Positions 30,277 to 41,176 of a DNA stretch of 64,000 nt are shown here, in pieces. The position numbers and the translations under genes were made by a program. Under the pieces are notes generated by a model, which was not told where the DNA came from, did not search any database, and was given only the letters and a program-made list of their open reading frames with translations. Position 1 is the stretch's first letter. Each line of letters starts with the position of its first letter. Origin of the DNA: an uncultured Clostridia bacterium (lineage in GTDB: Bacteria; Bacillota; Clostridia; Christensenellales; UBA1242); assembly GCA_945928645.1 (NCBI GenBank), contig CAMENR010000002.1:1048-65047 (forward strand), in the 5' to 3' direction.

Positions 30277-31146
30277 ATGGCAAACAAAATTCAAATAACA
30301 GCGGACAGCACAATTGATTTGAGCCCAGAATTATATGAGAGATTTAATATCAAAATTCTCCCTTTTGTAGTTATGCTTGGGGATAAAAGTTTTACCGACG
30401 GAGTTGATGTAAAACCAGAAGACATATTCAGGCATTTTGACAAGACAGGAGAATTGCCTAAAACAGGGGCAAGAAGTCCAGAAGACTTTGCGGACTTCTT
30501 CAAAGGTTTTACCGACCAAGGATTTGATGTTGTTCATATTGGCATTGGGGCAGAATTGTCTTCTGGCTACTCAAATGCAGTGCTTGCAAGCCAAAACAAC
30601 CCTCACGTCTATGTGGTCGACTCACGCACTTTGTCGTCTGGCAGTGGGTTGCTTGCTATGTATGCCAGCGAACTTGTATCCGCCGGCAAATTTACAGCCG
30701 AACAAATTGCAAAAAAGGTGGGTGAAAGAGCATACTATGGGCAGTCGTCATTTATTATTGAGAAGTTAAAGTTTTTGTATAAAGGTGGCAGGTGTAGTAT
30801 GTTAAGTATGCTGGGCGCAAATCTTATGCACATCAAACCATCTATCAAAGTTACAGATGGAACAAACAAAGTAGGCAAAAAATATATTGGCAGTATGGAA
30901 AGTTGTGTAAAAAAATATATGGAAGATATTTTAAGAGAATTTAACAACCCCGACCATACAAGAGTTATGATAACATACTCCTCAATAACTGACGGAATGA
31001 AAAAATCTGTGCAGGAAGTGTTGGAAAAATATGGAAAGTTTAAGGAAGTTCTCTATACACAAGCAGGCAGCGTGATATCTTCTCATTGTGGGCCAAATAC
31101 TGCGGGTATTCTTTACCTAAATGACGGAGATAAAGGGCATTATTGA
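30277..31146 (+). CDS. DegV-family fatty-acid-binding protein
   Basis: It has a typical N-terminus, KIQITADSTIDLSPEL, and is ~290 aa long. ATG 30277 has GGAG 6 nt upstream; the track's start is 30265. Confidence 0.88.
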   Translation: MANKIQITADSTIDLSPELYERFNIKILPFVVMLGDKSFTDGVDVKPEDIFRHFDKTGELPKTGARSPEDFADFFKGFTDQGFDVVHIGIGAELSSGYSNAVLASQNNPHVYVVDSRTLSSGSGLLAMYASELVSAGKFTAEQIAKKVGERAYYGQSSFIIEKLKFLYKGGRCSMLSMLGANLMHIKPSIKVTDGTNKVGKKYIGSMESCVKKYMEDILREFNNPDHTRVMITYSSITDGMKKSVQEVLEKYGKFKEVLYTQAGSVISSHCGPNTAGILYLNDGDKGHY

Positions 31147-31366
31147 TTGAAAAACAGTTAAATGTGACTTTACTTTTGCATAAAATATCAATTTTTGGTC
31201 AAATATTGGCATAAAAGGTGCTACAAAACGCCCATATTATCCAAAAGAAAGAAATAAATAAGGCTTTTTGTGAAAAATTTTTGAAAAATGTTAGGAAAAT
31301 GTGGGAAAATATGCTAGTATTAAGTAACCTTTTAAGGAAAATCTTATATTAAAGGAGAAGAATTTT

Positions 31367-31639
31367 ATGAACAAAGGTGATATTGTTAGCGCAATCGCAA
31401 CAAAAGCAGGTTTCACACTAAAAGATGCAGATGAAGCATACAAAGCATTTGTATCCACAGTTGCAGAAGCTCTGAAAAACGGAGAAGAAGTAGTCCTTGC
31501 AGGATTCGGCACATTCAAAGTTAAAGAAAGAGCAGAAAGAACTGGTGTAAACCCTCAAACAAAGAAGGCAATCAAAATACCTGCAACCAAAGCTCCAACC
31601 TTCAAGTTTGGAAAATCTTTCAAAGAATTACTTAAATAA
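31367..31639 (+). CDS. hup: Nucleoid-associated DNA-binding protein HU
   Basis: 90 aa: MNKGDIVSAIA...GFGTFKVKERAERTGVNPQTKKAIKIPATKAPTFKFGK. Confidence 0.95.
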   Translation: MNKGDIVSAIATKAGFTLKDADEAYKAFVSTVAEALKNGEEVVLAGFGTFKVKERAERTGVNPQTKKAIKIPATKAPTFKFGKSFKELLK

Positions 31640-31716
31640 TTGCAAAGACAATTGCTATGTTCATTGTGAATAATTTTTTGTTCATTGTGAACTCCGAAAA
31701 TTTTGTTATTTAGACG

Positions 31717-31748
31717 AAAAAGAGTCCGTTGTGGCTCTTTTTTGTTTT
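31717..31748 (+). terminator. Rho-independent terminator after hup
   Basis: A 10-bp stem (31717-31726 pairing with 31733-31742, one G-U pair) has a 6-nt loop and runs into TTTgTTTT. Confidence 0.6.
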
Positions 31749-32102
31749 GTGTATAAATGACACAACTCGCATTTTTGCTAGGCATATACAAATTATCTTT
31801 CAAACTAACATTGTTTTGATTTTTTTAATCTTTTATTTTTTTGACAGAAAAATTATTTATTTTTTTTGCAAAAAATGTTATGCTTTTTTTGGGATTATAT
31901 AAAAATTTTTTATCCTTTTTTTGTCAAAATCTATTGTAATTTATTTGGTAAAAATTGAAGATACTATTATAATAAGATTGTAATATTATATTCAATAATA
32001 TGCTATGCAACTTTTTGGGAATAACTGGTCGGGCGATTAATCCTGCAGGTTAAGAGTAATTTGCAAGATCGTCGGTTGGCAGGTCTAAAAGGAGATAACC
32101 AA

Positions 32103-35100
32103 ATGTTTATAACAAAATTCAAAAAAAATAAAATGAATTTTTTGGGCAAAATAGTGGGTTTGTGTTTTATGGCGCTGTGCGTGTGTGCACCGTCCTTTTT
32201 TGGTTTGTTTAGAAAAGAGACATTTGCTTTGTCAAAAAATGTAACCAACATTTCTAGCACAACATCTCTCACTGCTGGCTCTAAAGTGTATTTTGGTGAA
32301 TACCCACAAGATTCGGTTATCAAGGTTAGTGAAGAAACTGGTTGGGAAAAATTAACAATTGTAGATTCAAATGGTAGTTATAACGCAGTTAAACCTTTGG
32401 AGGTTGGTGTAAACAAAAATAGCATAGTGGCACATAATACCATTAAGGGATATATTGAAGAATTGCTAAAGGTGGAATATGGCGATGATTATCAATGGCA
32501 TTATACCACTGTAGGCAAATTCACACCAAGAAGAAGTTGCCAAACAGACAAAATTTCGTACGATTACATAACAGGCTATTATACTTTGCTGGTTGATGTA
32601 ATAGAAAACACATTCACTGGCGATGCAAATACCAAAGTAACATATCCTGCAGGGTCAAAATTCTATGCCTACAACAGAGTTGTAGATGCGCTGAACAAGT
32701 ATTATAGGGTAGAGGTTGATGAAACAGCATCATCATGGAATCCTGAAAGTCCTAATAAAATATCCACTTATCTTACTGGGAAAACAAAAGAGACTCAAAA
32801 TGGTAAGTGGGTAATGAGGGTTGCTGAAACCCCAGATGAAGCTTCAATAAGAATGAACTCGGAACGAGATTATATTTGGGACCCTGGAAACTACTATTTG
32901 CTAAAAAAGAATGAGGGAAGATACTTTGTCAATGATAGTGGCTATTATTTTGATAAAGCAAAAAGTGATGTTAATTATGGCGAGATAACCATGCACGGTT
33001 ATGACAAGTTTTTAGATAACGAGGTAGTAGATAGCGAAGCATATGAGCAAACAGGCACTGGTCCTAGTGGGATATTTCTATTTGAAGTAAAGCCTATAGA
33101 GTGGACGGTGTTTAATTCTAGTCAATTGAGTGTTAATTTGGAAAATAGTAATGAATGTGTAACACTAGTGTCTAGTCAAATAATAGATTCCAATGCCCTC
33201 AACTACGACCAATGGAAATATACAAGCAATTTATTTTATTCATTTGGTTCTCGTTATGATAATAGTAATTTGAAAGCTTGGCTTAATGCAAAAGGCTCTC
33301 TTACAACAGATATAGAAAGTGTTGACCTTACTCTTAAGAATGACTCAACTACATACACAGACACATATTACCAAAGCAAGCGAACATTTTTACCCATGGC
33401 TTTTGGGGGAAAAGCAGAGAGTTTGAAACTTTTTACCCATAAATCAGTAAGTATTCAAGCGCGAGTAGGGCTATTGTCATCAGAAGAGATACAAAACAAC
33501 AACTTAAAATTGGCAACAAAAACTCAATACTCTTTGGCTTGTGGGGACCAAGGGGAAACTACTTGGGGATCTTGGCTGTTTTCTCAGTCGGATTCTGATG
33601 GAAGCAATTTTTGTTATGGAGCAAATGGGTATGTTGAATCTGGATCTGTATTTACTGTTTATGGTGTAAGGCCTGTGATATGCCTTAAGAAATCTGAATT
33701 TTATGCAGATACAAATGTAGGGCAAATTGAAGCAAATGAGGTGCTAAACATTAGCACTCCATTAGAGTTGGGTGGCAGTGTAAATGTGGCTGGATATACA
33801 GAAACAATACCAAATTTGTTGCAGTTTGCAACTGCTGAAAGTGGGATAGGCTCGATTGAAAGTGGTTCTCTTGAAATAAAGCAATCGGATATAACAGGAA
33901 AGAACTACAGTGTTACTGCCAAGAATTTTGTGGTAACTACGAAAAACTATGATCCATATACAAAAGATTCTCAGCCTACTATACCCGTTTCTGCTGTGTC
34001 TGGATTTATTGTAGCAGGAATAAAATCTTACGAAGTAGGCGAAAAGAATATCACCGATAGCGACTGCCCATACACTGTTTCGTTTGTTCCGATAACCTCA
34101 TTTTTGGGGACTGGACAAAGTCCTATAAGCAACAGCATAAATTATCTTTCGGGGCAATTTGTGATGGATTATTACCTTATCTTTCAAGGGGATATCTATC
34201 TTATCAATCCAGAAGATGTAACCAACCCCAACATCTACATAAGCGAAAGTGGCTCGGCTAGTAACTCTGGAAGATCTACCAGCGAACCTGTTCCCCTATC
34301 TGTTGCACAGAAGTTGGCTGGCAATGATGTGGGGGTGGATACTGGGAATATGTCCACATTGATATTCCTAGAGAACAGAGAGTTTAGCAACAGAGAGTTG
34401 AAATTTAATTATCCTGTAGTCTTTAACTCAAATACGGCAAACGGAACATTTATCACCGTAACAAGTGGAACTGTAACTTTTGAAAATATTATCTTTGATG
34501 GACAAAACAAATCAAGGACTACTGCAGGGATAAGGATAAAAGATGTCGCAAATTCTATATTCAATAATTGTAAAGTTATCAATTTTGTCAACTCATCTGG
34601 CAATGGGGGTGGAATATCAGTAGGTGTCGGATCGACTATAAGCAGTGCAGGAGACAGTATACTAGAACTCTCCAATAACAAAGCAAAAAAAGGTGCTGGA
34701 ATGTATTGTGAGGGGACGTTGAATGTAGACAAACTTATCCTTACAAACAATATGGCTACTGGAAGTACTGAAGGAGGGGCTCTTTATGTTTCTGGTGGTG
34801 TTGAAGTAAAGAGTATTGAGGCGTCAGGAAATATTGCAAACGGAATAACCTCTTGCATATTTGCAAAAGATTCTAGCGGAGGGAATAATACCTTTAGAAT
34901 TACAGATACTTTGCATATTCACGATAACAAAGGTTATATTAAAGGTGATAATACATATTATTCATCTTCCGCTGTTTATATAGAGGGTTACAAAGTAAAT
35001 ATTATCAATCCCAAATTTGAGAAAAACGAAAATTCTATTGCATCATTGTTCCTTAATGGGTGTTATTTGATGGCAGACGGAACGCCAACTTTGCAAGGGA

Positions 35101-38100
35101 ATAGCAGTGAAAACAAAGGGTTATTCACCCAAAACTACAACAAGGATGCCGGTCAGAATTATGCTGGTGCAATCTATGTGTCTGACAATGGCAAAAGTGA
35201 TTGCTCATATATCTTCTCAAATATTTCCTTTGACAACAACGGTGCGGACAATGGTTATGGGGCAGTGCTGGTTGTTGGGAAATATATCGATAATGAGGTT
35301 ACATTTAATAATTGCTCCTTTAGCAATAACAAGGGGGTATATTGTGGTGGACTGGCATTTTATCAAGCACAGAATACTGAGATGTCGGGCAACTTTAGAG
35401 TTATTAACTGCACATTTAGTGGCAATGAGGCAACAAGCCAAGATGAGCCTACAGAGCAGAGCAATGCAAGGAGTGTTGCTGGTGCATTGGTTGTTCAACA
35501 TAGAGATAACTCTGCCAATGTGTCCGTTGAGATATCAAATGCAACATTTACAAAGAACAAATCTACAAAATATGGTGTTGCAAAGTTTGACCTAAAGGAA
35601 GAAGATGCAATAATTATAAGTAATTTAACATTGGGTGGAGATTTGATAGATGAAAATGACAAAGCAAACATCTCAAATATATCTACTCAAGCAGGAGCAT
35701 TGTTTGCAATAAATGGGACTAGGAAAGAGGCAAACACGACAGCATTTTCAATAGACAATTTTATTGCCAAAAACAATGGCAATGCGGGAGATGTATTATT
35801 TGCAACAGAGGGAGTTTTGGAAATAAGCAATGTTAATCCAACCGATGGAAATTTGCTAAAAAATTGTCAATTTGTCAACAACGAATCAGTGTCTTCTGGT
35901 GGTGCAGTAATTATTAAGGATAGCTCGGGCAAGATAGAAAATAGCTTTTTCAGTGGTAACAGCGTAAGGGTTACAAAAAATGACAATTCAACAACCTATG
36001 TTGGAGGAGGTGCTATATATATCACCAGTCAAAGTTATACCTGCAATGTGGATATTTCAAAAACCACTTTTGTGGACAACATTGTTAATTTAGACGGAAG
36101 TGGGGAATGTGTTGCAGGCGGAGGTGCTGTGCTTGCCAACAAATCTCTTTTGACTTTGACAGACGTTTATGCCAAAAACAACAAAGTAATAACTAATGGT
36201 GAAAATCAAACTGCAAAAGGTGGTGCTGTTTGCTCTTATGGCAATACACAAACAACGGGGGTTCAATACATTACACAATGCCAGCACACTACTCCTTGTG
36301 TTGTGATAAATGGTGGACATTATGAGTCCAATTCGGCAGTTGTCGTTGGAGATACTTATTCTTATGGTGGTGTTATTTGGGGTGATTGTGTCAAAATATT
36401 AAGTGGTAGTGCAAGTGCTGGCTGTGATAGCAACAACATATCCACAGAAAATGGACAAGCAAAATTTATTTCTAATAGTGCAATTTATGGTGGTGGGGTG
36501 TATACTTCCAATTGCCTAGAAATAGACAACAAAGACAGTAGTGATTTAGTAGCATTGTTTGACGGAAATGAAGCAACTCACGGTGGAGCAATCAACGCAC
36601 ATGGTGTGGCGATAATTGACGGTGGAAAATTTACAAACAACGTTGCAAAAAATGTTAATGACGATAGTGCAACCTATGGTAATGGCGGTGCAATCCTCTT
36701 TGAAAACAGTGAGCAGAAGGTCAAATTCTCTAATTATCCAACAGAATTAAGCACTGGTGACTATTCTTATTATGCATTGCCTATGTATGCAAAGATTGTT
36801 AGAGCAGAGTTTTATGACAATAGTGCTGTGCAAGGCGGAGCGATTTATTCAAGCAGCGCTTTAACTCATGGTGTCAACAGTGTGTTTGCAAAAGGCTCTA
36901 TGCTAGAAATTGTGGGTGAAGACAAACAAGGAGAGTCGCAGTATTCTGTAATAATTCAAAATAATTCCGCAAAGAATTATGGTGGTGGTATATATGCCTA
37001 TTCTCCTGTAAAAATGAAGAACATAAAGATAAATGGCAATCAAGCATTTAGTGGTTCTGTAATATATTTTGACAATCAACATCAAAAGTATAGCATTGCA
37101 GATAAAGAGTTTGTGGCAAGTGATAAAGTAGAGATTTCAAACATTATGTTTGAGGGGAACATTTCCTCGTCTGTTGGTGTAATTCAGGCAACCAAGAATA
37201 TTGATATAACTATAACAAATGGTAACTTTATCAACAATAAAAATGGCGGTGCAATACTCAACTTTGTTGGAACAGCCAACGGAAATAATGGGCAAGGACT
37301 AGGCTCTGGAACACTGCAAAACTGCACCTTTAGTGGCAATATCGGTTTTGTTAACACTATGGAAAATTATGAAGGCGATGTGATAAAGGTTGCTGATTGT
37401 GAGGTGGCAATAAACGACTGCACTTTTGGTCAAAATGGCGATAAAAATCTTGCTCATTATGGCACAGTTTTGGTGGTTGCAGAGGGGAGTGTAGTTTATC
37501 TAAATAATGTTATTGCCAACGGAACAGCAGGCAATAAAATAGCCAATACAGAGGGACTTATTTGGGTTCAAAACAACGGAACACTAAAAGCAAAAGGTGG
37601 GCAAATATCCTATTTGTCGGGGGTAAATGGTAGCGTTGCTGTGATAAATGGCAAGGCATCTTTTGACGAGATAAACATTAGCAATTGCTCTGTAACAGGT
37701 AATGGCGGTGCAATATATGTTGCAAACGGTGGGGATTTGTCTTTTGCTGGCAGTATTGCTAGTTGTTCTGCAACAGGTAATGGTGGTGCAATATATGTCG
37801 AAGACGGGGCTTGTGCTCTGATTTCGGGTAAACTTAAATTAGACTCAACATACTCTCAATGCAATATAACAGATTGTTCTGCCCAATATGGTGGTGGATT
37901 ATTTGCAAACGGTGATGTTGTAGTGCAACATGCAACTATTTCTGGCAATTCGGCAACAAAAAGTGGCGGTGGAATATTTGCCAACAACAATAGTTCTCTT
38001 ATAATAGGTATTGATTCAAATATTTTGAACAACACAATAAATGTAGCAAGTGGGGGAGGAAATACAGAAAAATATTACGGTGCAGGCGTTTATGCCAAAG

Positions 38101-40946
38101 GTCAACTGTATATCTCTGATGCAACTATTTCTGGCAACAATTTTAGTTCAACAACAAACACCTTTGGTGGTGGATTGTATACAGAAAATATCTCTTTTGA
38201 GATAATCAATACCTCTTTCCAAGGGAACAATGCTGGAGTAGGTGGGGCAATATTTTCAACTGGTGGTGTAGTAGATTTGCAATATTGCAACTTTATAGGA
38301 AAGATAGTAGGTTCAGAAGCCAAAACAAATAACACCGTAAAATTGTCAAATTGCTATGCCAACATATATGAGTGTAAGTTTGAAAATATTTCTTCAAATG
38401 AAGAAGCCAGTGCAATTGTCCTTGACGGAGGAAGTTGCATTATGCAAAATTGTCTTTTTGATAACAACAGTTTTGCAGGAAGTAAAGATACAAACAAAGG
38501 CACTGTATATTCCGCAGGCGTCTTGCTAGAAATGGCTGGATGTTCGTTTACAGATAACGGAACAAATGGTGTTTTGTCCAACCTTTATTATAATAACAAT
38601 AAAGGTAGCGCAAGGCTGGTTGATTGTTCATTCACAAACGGAAATGCTAGTGGAAATGAAAACAGTGTAACAATAATCACTCCAAATGTTTGGGTAGAAA
38701 ACTGCACTTTTGACAACAACAAAGACGGAGGTTTGTTGCTACAAGTAAAATATGCAGTAGTGGCAAACTGCTATTTCTATGCAAACGAAAAGAATGGTGG
38801 TCTGAAGGTTAAATCTATTGAAAATGGAGTGAATGCAAATATAGAAATTTTGGATAGTTATTTCTTGAAGGGTCTTTCTAACAAAGCAAATAGTTCTGAG
38901 TCTTTTGGCGGTGCAGTGTTTGTTGAACAATATTGCAATGTAAGACTTACTGGAATATTTGAAGCGAAAGAAAACACTTCTAATAATGGTGGTGCGATAT
39001 ATGTTTCAACTGGTGCAAAATTATATATCACAAGAAACTCCAAAGTAAATATTGTTGGTAATACAACATCAAGCAATGAAAGCAACCTTTTGCTCGCTGG
39101 TGAAAATTTGCTAGTTCTTGAAGGTGGGTTGCTAGAAGGAAGTAGCATAGGCATTTCGCTTGCCAGCGGGAACGTTGTTGCAACCAATGGAGGATATCCT
39201 ATAGAGAGTGCTGACGTAAACAAGTTGTTTAGCGATAGCAAATCACACTTTTTGTGCTATTCTGACAGCGACAACAGAGTGTATAAAAAAGCAATTACTA
39301 CGGAAACAACAGATTATTATTACCAAGTAACCGTTGGAACAACTTATTATACCCCAAAGAGTGATATAATATTGACCTATTCTCAAATGCCAAAAGATGG
39401 TTTTACATTGGACAAAAGTTACTTTAAGGCCTATGTAAAAAATGGTGAGGAACTAAAAGAAGTGGAAATAGTGGAGATTGTCTTCCAATCCAAATCAGGA
39501 GAATTGTATGGGGAAGAAAAAAGCGGAAGAATAAAAATCACTCAAAAGGGAAATCAAACAATAAAATTCCTTATTAAAACAGTAAAAGATGGCGAGGAGG
39601 AGATAACTCTGGGCGATGGGCTTGGTGGTGATGTTATTGTAAATGTTGTTGGAGAATATTTGTATATAATTTCCACTCCACAGGCTACTATGACCGCCAA
39701 AAAAATCAATACATTTAAGATAATTCAAGCAGGCAATGTGATAGGTAGCAGTGGGCAGGCAATCGCAGGAATTTGGAGTCTTGTTTCGGGAGAAAATATA
39801 GAAAAATCAGGTTATTACGAGTGCAAATTTACTCCAAAACAGTCTGATTTGTATGAAAATGCAAGCAACCTAATTTCTACAATGTATGTCAATGTGGTCT
39901 ATGACAAGGTGTATTATTTTAATAGCACAAAAAATGGCTTTTTTGCAGACAGCGAGGGCAGTGTAAAACTGGACGGGGTAACTAATATCTCAGGTGCATT
40001 GTCGTTGCTCAACGATAACGGAACTATTGTCTTTATGGATACATATGTTGTAAACACTTCGGAAAATATTGTTGCAACAAAGAGGGTGAATTTTGTAAGA
40101 CAAAAAACAGATAAAGACTTTGCAATGATAGAAATTTCGGCGGATAATACATTGTATATTGCTGGACAAAATGTAGAAATTGTGTTTGACGGAAATGAGA
40201 TAAACAAAGTAAATTTCCCTGCATTTGTTGTTGGTGGAACACTCAGTTTGGGAGATAATGTGGTGGTTCGCAACTTTGAATATTTGTCAACTGAATCATC
40301 TTCCAAATTTGGAGTAATTTGCAATCTTGGAACGCTCATTCTGCAAGGGTGCAAAATATACAACAACAAGGCACTATCTTCTTCAAACAGTCAAGGTGGG
40401 GCAATATATAATGAGGGCTCAATGAATATAATGGCAGGCGAGTTTTACAACAACACAGCAGTCGGCTCTGGCAAGGGTGGATTTGTGTATTCCAAAGGAA
40501 AACTAATGGTTTCTGGTGGAAGAATTTACAACAATGCAAGTGCCTTTGGCGCAGGGATTTATGTGGCAAATGGTGGGTCGGCAAATCTTGTTGGGGGATA
40601 TATTACACAGAATTATGCAACAACCAATGGCGGTGGAGTGTATGTGGAAAATGGTGGCAAATTGTCGTTGGGTTCTACACAAATTTTATCCAACAAATCA
40701 GAGTCGCTGGGTGCTGGAGTTTATAAGGCTGATGGTGGAATTGTATTGCTGTCTTCCGGCGAAGAAATTGCTGGCTCGACCATTCAGTCTGTAGAGGAGA
40801 ATAACATTCCATTTGCTACAAACAATCAGTCAGAAGAATCAACTTGGGTAGTCATTTTGGGTGCAATTGCAATGATTTTGGCTACAGCAATAATGATGTT
40901 CCTACTCAAAAAATCGCAAAAAGTTTATCTTTACAAACTAAAATAA
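32103..40946 (+). CDS. Giant secreted surface protein (2,947 aa): signal peptide, split DUF6273-like module, PMP-type parallel beta-helix repeats, C-terminal membrane anchor
   Basis: An AAAGGAGA RBS precedes ATG 32103; the track's extension to 32061 has no RBS. The signal peptide is MFITKFKKNKMNFLGKIVGLCFMALCVCAPSFFG. About 30 GG[AG][ILV][YFL] motifs paired with FxxN motifs lie between ~34.4-39.2 kb and 39.95-40.8 kb. The protein ends in WVVILGAIAMILATAIMMFLLKKSQK. Confidence 0.9.
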   Translation: MFITKFKKNKMNFLGKIVGLCFMALCVCAPSFFGLFRKETFALSKNVTNISSTTSLTAGSKVYFGEYPQDSVIKVSEETGWEKLTIVDSNGSYNAVKPLEVGVNKNSIVAHNTIKGYIEELLKVEYGDDYQWHYTTVGKFTPRRSCQTDKISYDYITGYYTLLVDVIENTFTGDANTKVTYPAGSKFYAYNRVVDALNKYYRVEVDETASSWNPESPNKISTYLTGKTKETQNGKWVMRVAETPDEASIRMNSERDYIWDPGNYYLLKKNEGRYFVNDSGYYFDKAKSDVNYGEITMHGYDKFLDNEVVDSEAYEQTGTGPSGIFLFEVKPIEWTVFNSSQLSVNLENSNECVTLVSSQIIDSNALNYDQWKYTSNLFYSFGSRYDNSNLKAWLNAKGSLTTDIESVDLTLKNDSTTYTDTYYQSKRTFLPMAFGGKAESLKLFTHKSVSIQARVGLLSSEEIQNNNLKLATKTQYSLACGDQGETTWGSWLFSQSDSDGSNFCYGANGYVESGSVFTVYGVRPVICLKKSEFYADTNVGQIEANEVLNISTPLELGGSVNVAGYTETIPNLLQFATAESGIGSIESGSLEIKQSDITGKNYSVTAKNFVVTTKNYDPYTKDSQPTIPVSAVSGFIVAGIKSYEVGEKNITDSDCPYTVSFVPITSFLGTGQSPISNSINYLSGQFVMDYYLIFQGDIYLINPEDVTNPNIYISESGSASNSGRSTSEPVPLSVAQKLAGNDVGVDTGNMSTLIFLENREFSNRELKFNYPVVFNSNTANGTFITVTSGTVTFENIIFDGQNKSRTTAGIRIKDVANSIFNNCKVINFVNSSGNGGGISVGVGSTISSAGDSILELSNNKAKKGAGMYCEGTLNVDKLILTNNMATGSTEGGALYVSGGVEVKSIEASGNIANGITSCIFAKDSSGGNNTFRITDTLHIHDNKGYIKGDNTYYSSSAVYIEGYKVNIINPKFEKNENSIASLFLNGCYLMADGTPTLQGNSSENKGLFTQNYNKDAGQNYAGAIYVSDNGKSDCSYIFSNISFDNNGADNGYGAVLVVGKYIDNEVTFNNCSFSNNKGVYCGGLAFYQAQNTEMSGNFRVINCTFSGNEATSQDEPTEQSNARSVAGALVVQHRDNSANVSVEISNATFTKNKSTKYGVAKFDLKEEDAIIISNLTLGGDLIDENDKANISNISTQAGALFAINGTRKEANTTAFSIDNFIAKNNGNAGDVLFATEGVLEISNVNPTDGNLLKNCQFVNNESVSSGGAVIIKDSSGKIENSFFSGNSVRVTKNDNSTTYVGGGAIYITSQSYTCNVDISKTTFVDNIVNLDGSGECVAGGGAVLANKSLLTLTDVYAKNNKVITNGENQTAKGGAVCSYGNTQTTGVQYITQCQHTTPCVVINGGHYESNSAVVVGDTYSYGGVIWGDCVKILSGSASAGCDSNNISTENGQAKFISNSAIYGGGVYTSNCLEIDNKDSSDLVALFDGNEATHGGAINAHGVAIIDGGKFTNNVAKNVNDDSATYGNGGAILFENSEQKVKFSNYPTELSTGDYSYYALPMYAKIVRAEFYDNSAVQGGAIYSSSALTHGVNSVFAKGSMLEIVGEDKQGESQYSVIIQNNSAKNYGGGIYAYSPVKMKNIKINGNQAFSGSVIYFDNQHQKYSIADKEFVASDKVEISNIMFEGNISSSVGVIQATKNIDITITNGNFINNKNGGAILNFVGTANGNNGQGLGSGTLQNCTFSGNIGFVNTMENYEGDVIKVADCEVAINDCTFGQNGDKNLAHYGTVLVVAEGSVVYLNNVIANGTAGNKIANTEGLIWVQNNGTLKAKGGQISYLSGVNGSVAVINGKASFDEINISNCSVTGNGGAIYVANGGDLSFAGSIASCSATGNGGAIYVEDGACALISGKLKLDSTYSQCNITDCSAQYGGGLFANGDVVVQHATISGNSATKSGGGIFANNNSSLIIGIDSNILNNTINVASGGGNTEKYYGAGVYAKGQLYISDATISGNNFSSTTNTFGGGLYTENISFEIINTSFQGNNAGVGGAIFSTGGVVDLQYCNFIGKIVGSEAKTNNTVKLSNCYANIYECKFENISSNEEASAIVLDGGSCIMQNCLFDNNSFAGSKDTNKGTVYSAGVLLEMAGCSFTDNGTNGVLSNLYYNNNKGSARLVDCSFTNGNASGNENSVTIITPNVWVENCTFDNNKDGGLLLQVKYAVVANCYFYANEKNGGLKVKSIENGVNANIEILDSYFLKGLSNKANSSESFGGAVFVEQYCNVRLTGIFEAKENTSNNGGAIYVSTGAKLYITRNSKVNIVGNTTSSNESNLLLAGENLLVLEGGLLEGSSIGISLASGNVVATNGGYPIESADVNKLFSDSKSHFLCYSDSDNRVYKKAITTETTDYYYQVTVGTTYYTPKSDIILTYSQMPKDGFTLDKSYFKAYVKNGEELKEVEIVEIVFQSKSGELYGEEKSGRIKITQKGNQTIKFLIKTVKDGEEEITLGDGLGGDVIVNVVGEYLYIISTPQATMTAKKINTFKIIQAGNVIGSSGQAIAGIWSLVSGENIEKSGYYECKFTPKQSDLYENASNLISTMYVNVVYDKVYYFNSTKNGFFADSEGSVKLDGVTNISGALSLLNDNGTIVFMDTYVVNTSENIVATKRVNFVRQKTDKDFAMIEISADNTLYIAGQNVEIVFDGNEINKVNFPAFVVGGTLSLGDNVVVRNFEYLSTESSSKFGVICNLGTLILQGCKIYNNKALSSSNSQGGAIYNEGSMNIMAGEFYNNTAVGSGKGGFVYSKGKLMVSGGRIYNNASAFGAGIYVANGGSANLVGGYITQNYATTNGGGVYVENGGKLSLGSTQILSNKSESLGAGVYKADGGIVLLSSGEEIAGSTIQSVEENNIPFATNNQSEESTWVVILGAIAMILATAIMMFLLKKSQKVYLYKLK

Positions 40947-40991
40947 TCATTTTTGTGCTAGCAAACAAATATTTTGTGTATCAAAATTTTG

Positions 40992-41028
40992 AAAAAAATA
41001 GGTAAGAAATTGCCTATTTTTTTTAATT
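40992..41028 (+). terminator. Rho-independent terminator after giant gene 1
   Basis: aaaaataggt (40994-41003) pairs with gcctattttt (41012-41021), with an 8-nt loop and a long T-run. Confidence 0.7.
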
Positions 41029-41147
41029 TTTTTATAAAAATATAATCGCTAAATGTCTTTTGTAGAGCAAAAATATGCAAAAATAAATTTGTCAACTAAA
41101 ATTCAAACAAAAATATTATTTTTTGTATATTTTTTGTGGTAAAATAT

Positions 41148-41176
41148 TTGTTAAATTTTGGCCCATAATATATAAT
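41148..41176 (+). promoter_or_regulatory. Sigma-70/SigA-type promoter for giant gene 2
   Basis: TTGTTA (41148-41153), a 17-nt spacer and TATAAT (41171-41176). Confidence 0.5.

Noticed and set aside
32061-32102. Track-predicted upstream extensions of giant gene 1 (from 32061) and of the orphan gene (from 11893)
   Set aside because: These use non-ATG starts without RBSs. Strong RBS plus ATG combinations occur at 32103 and 11974, and the signal peptide of giant protein 1 begins at the ATG.
32121-32128. A8 homopolymer in codons 7-9 of giant gene 1 as a phase-variation switch
   Set aside because: A8 runs are common in this AT-rich genome. A second in-frame ATG (32133) downstream would still give a functional signal peptide, so slippage would not clearly switch the gene off.
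39950-40946. Autotransporter beta-barrel or LPXTG cell-wall anchor at the end of the PMP-repeat protein
   Set aside because: The C-terminus is a single hydrophobic helix plus a basic tail. There is no ~300-aa barrel domain and no LPXTG-like pentapeptide.
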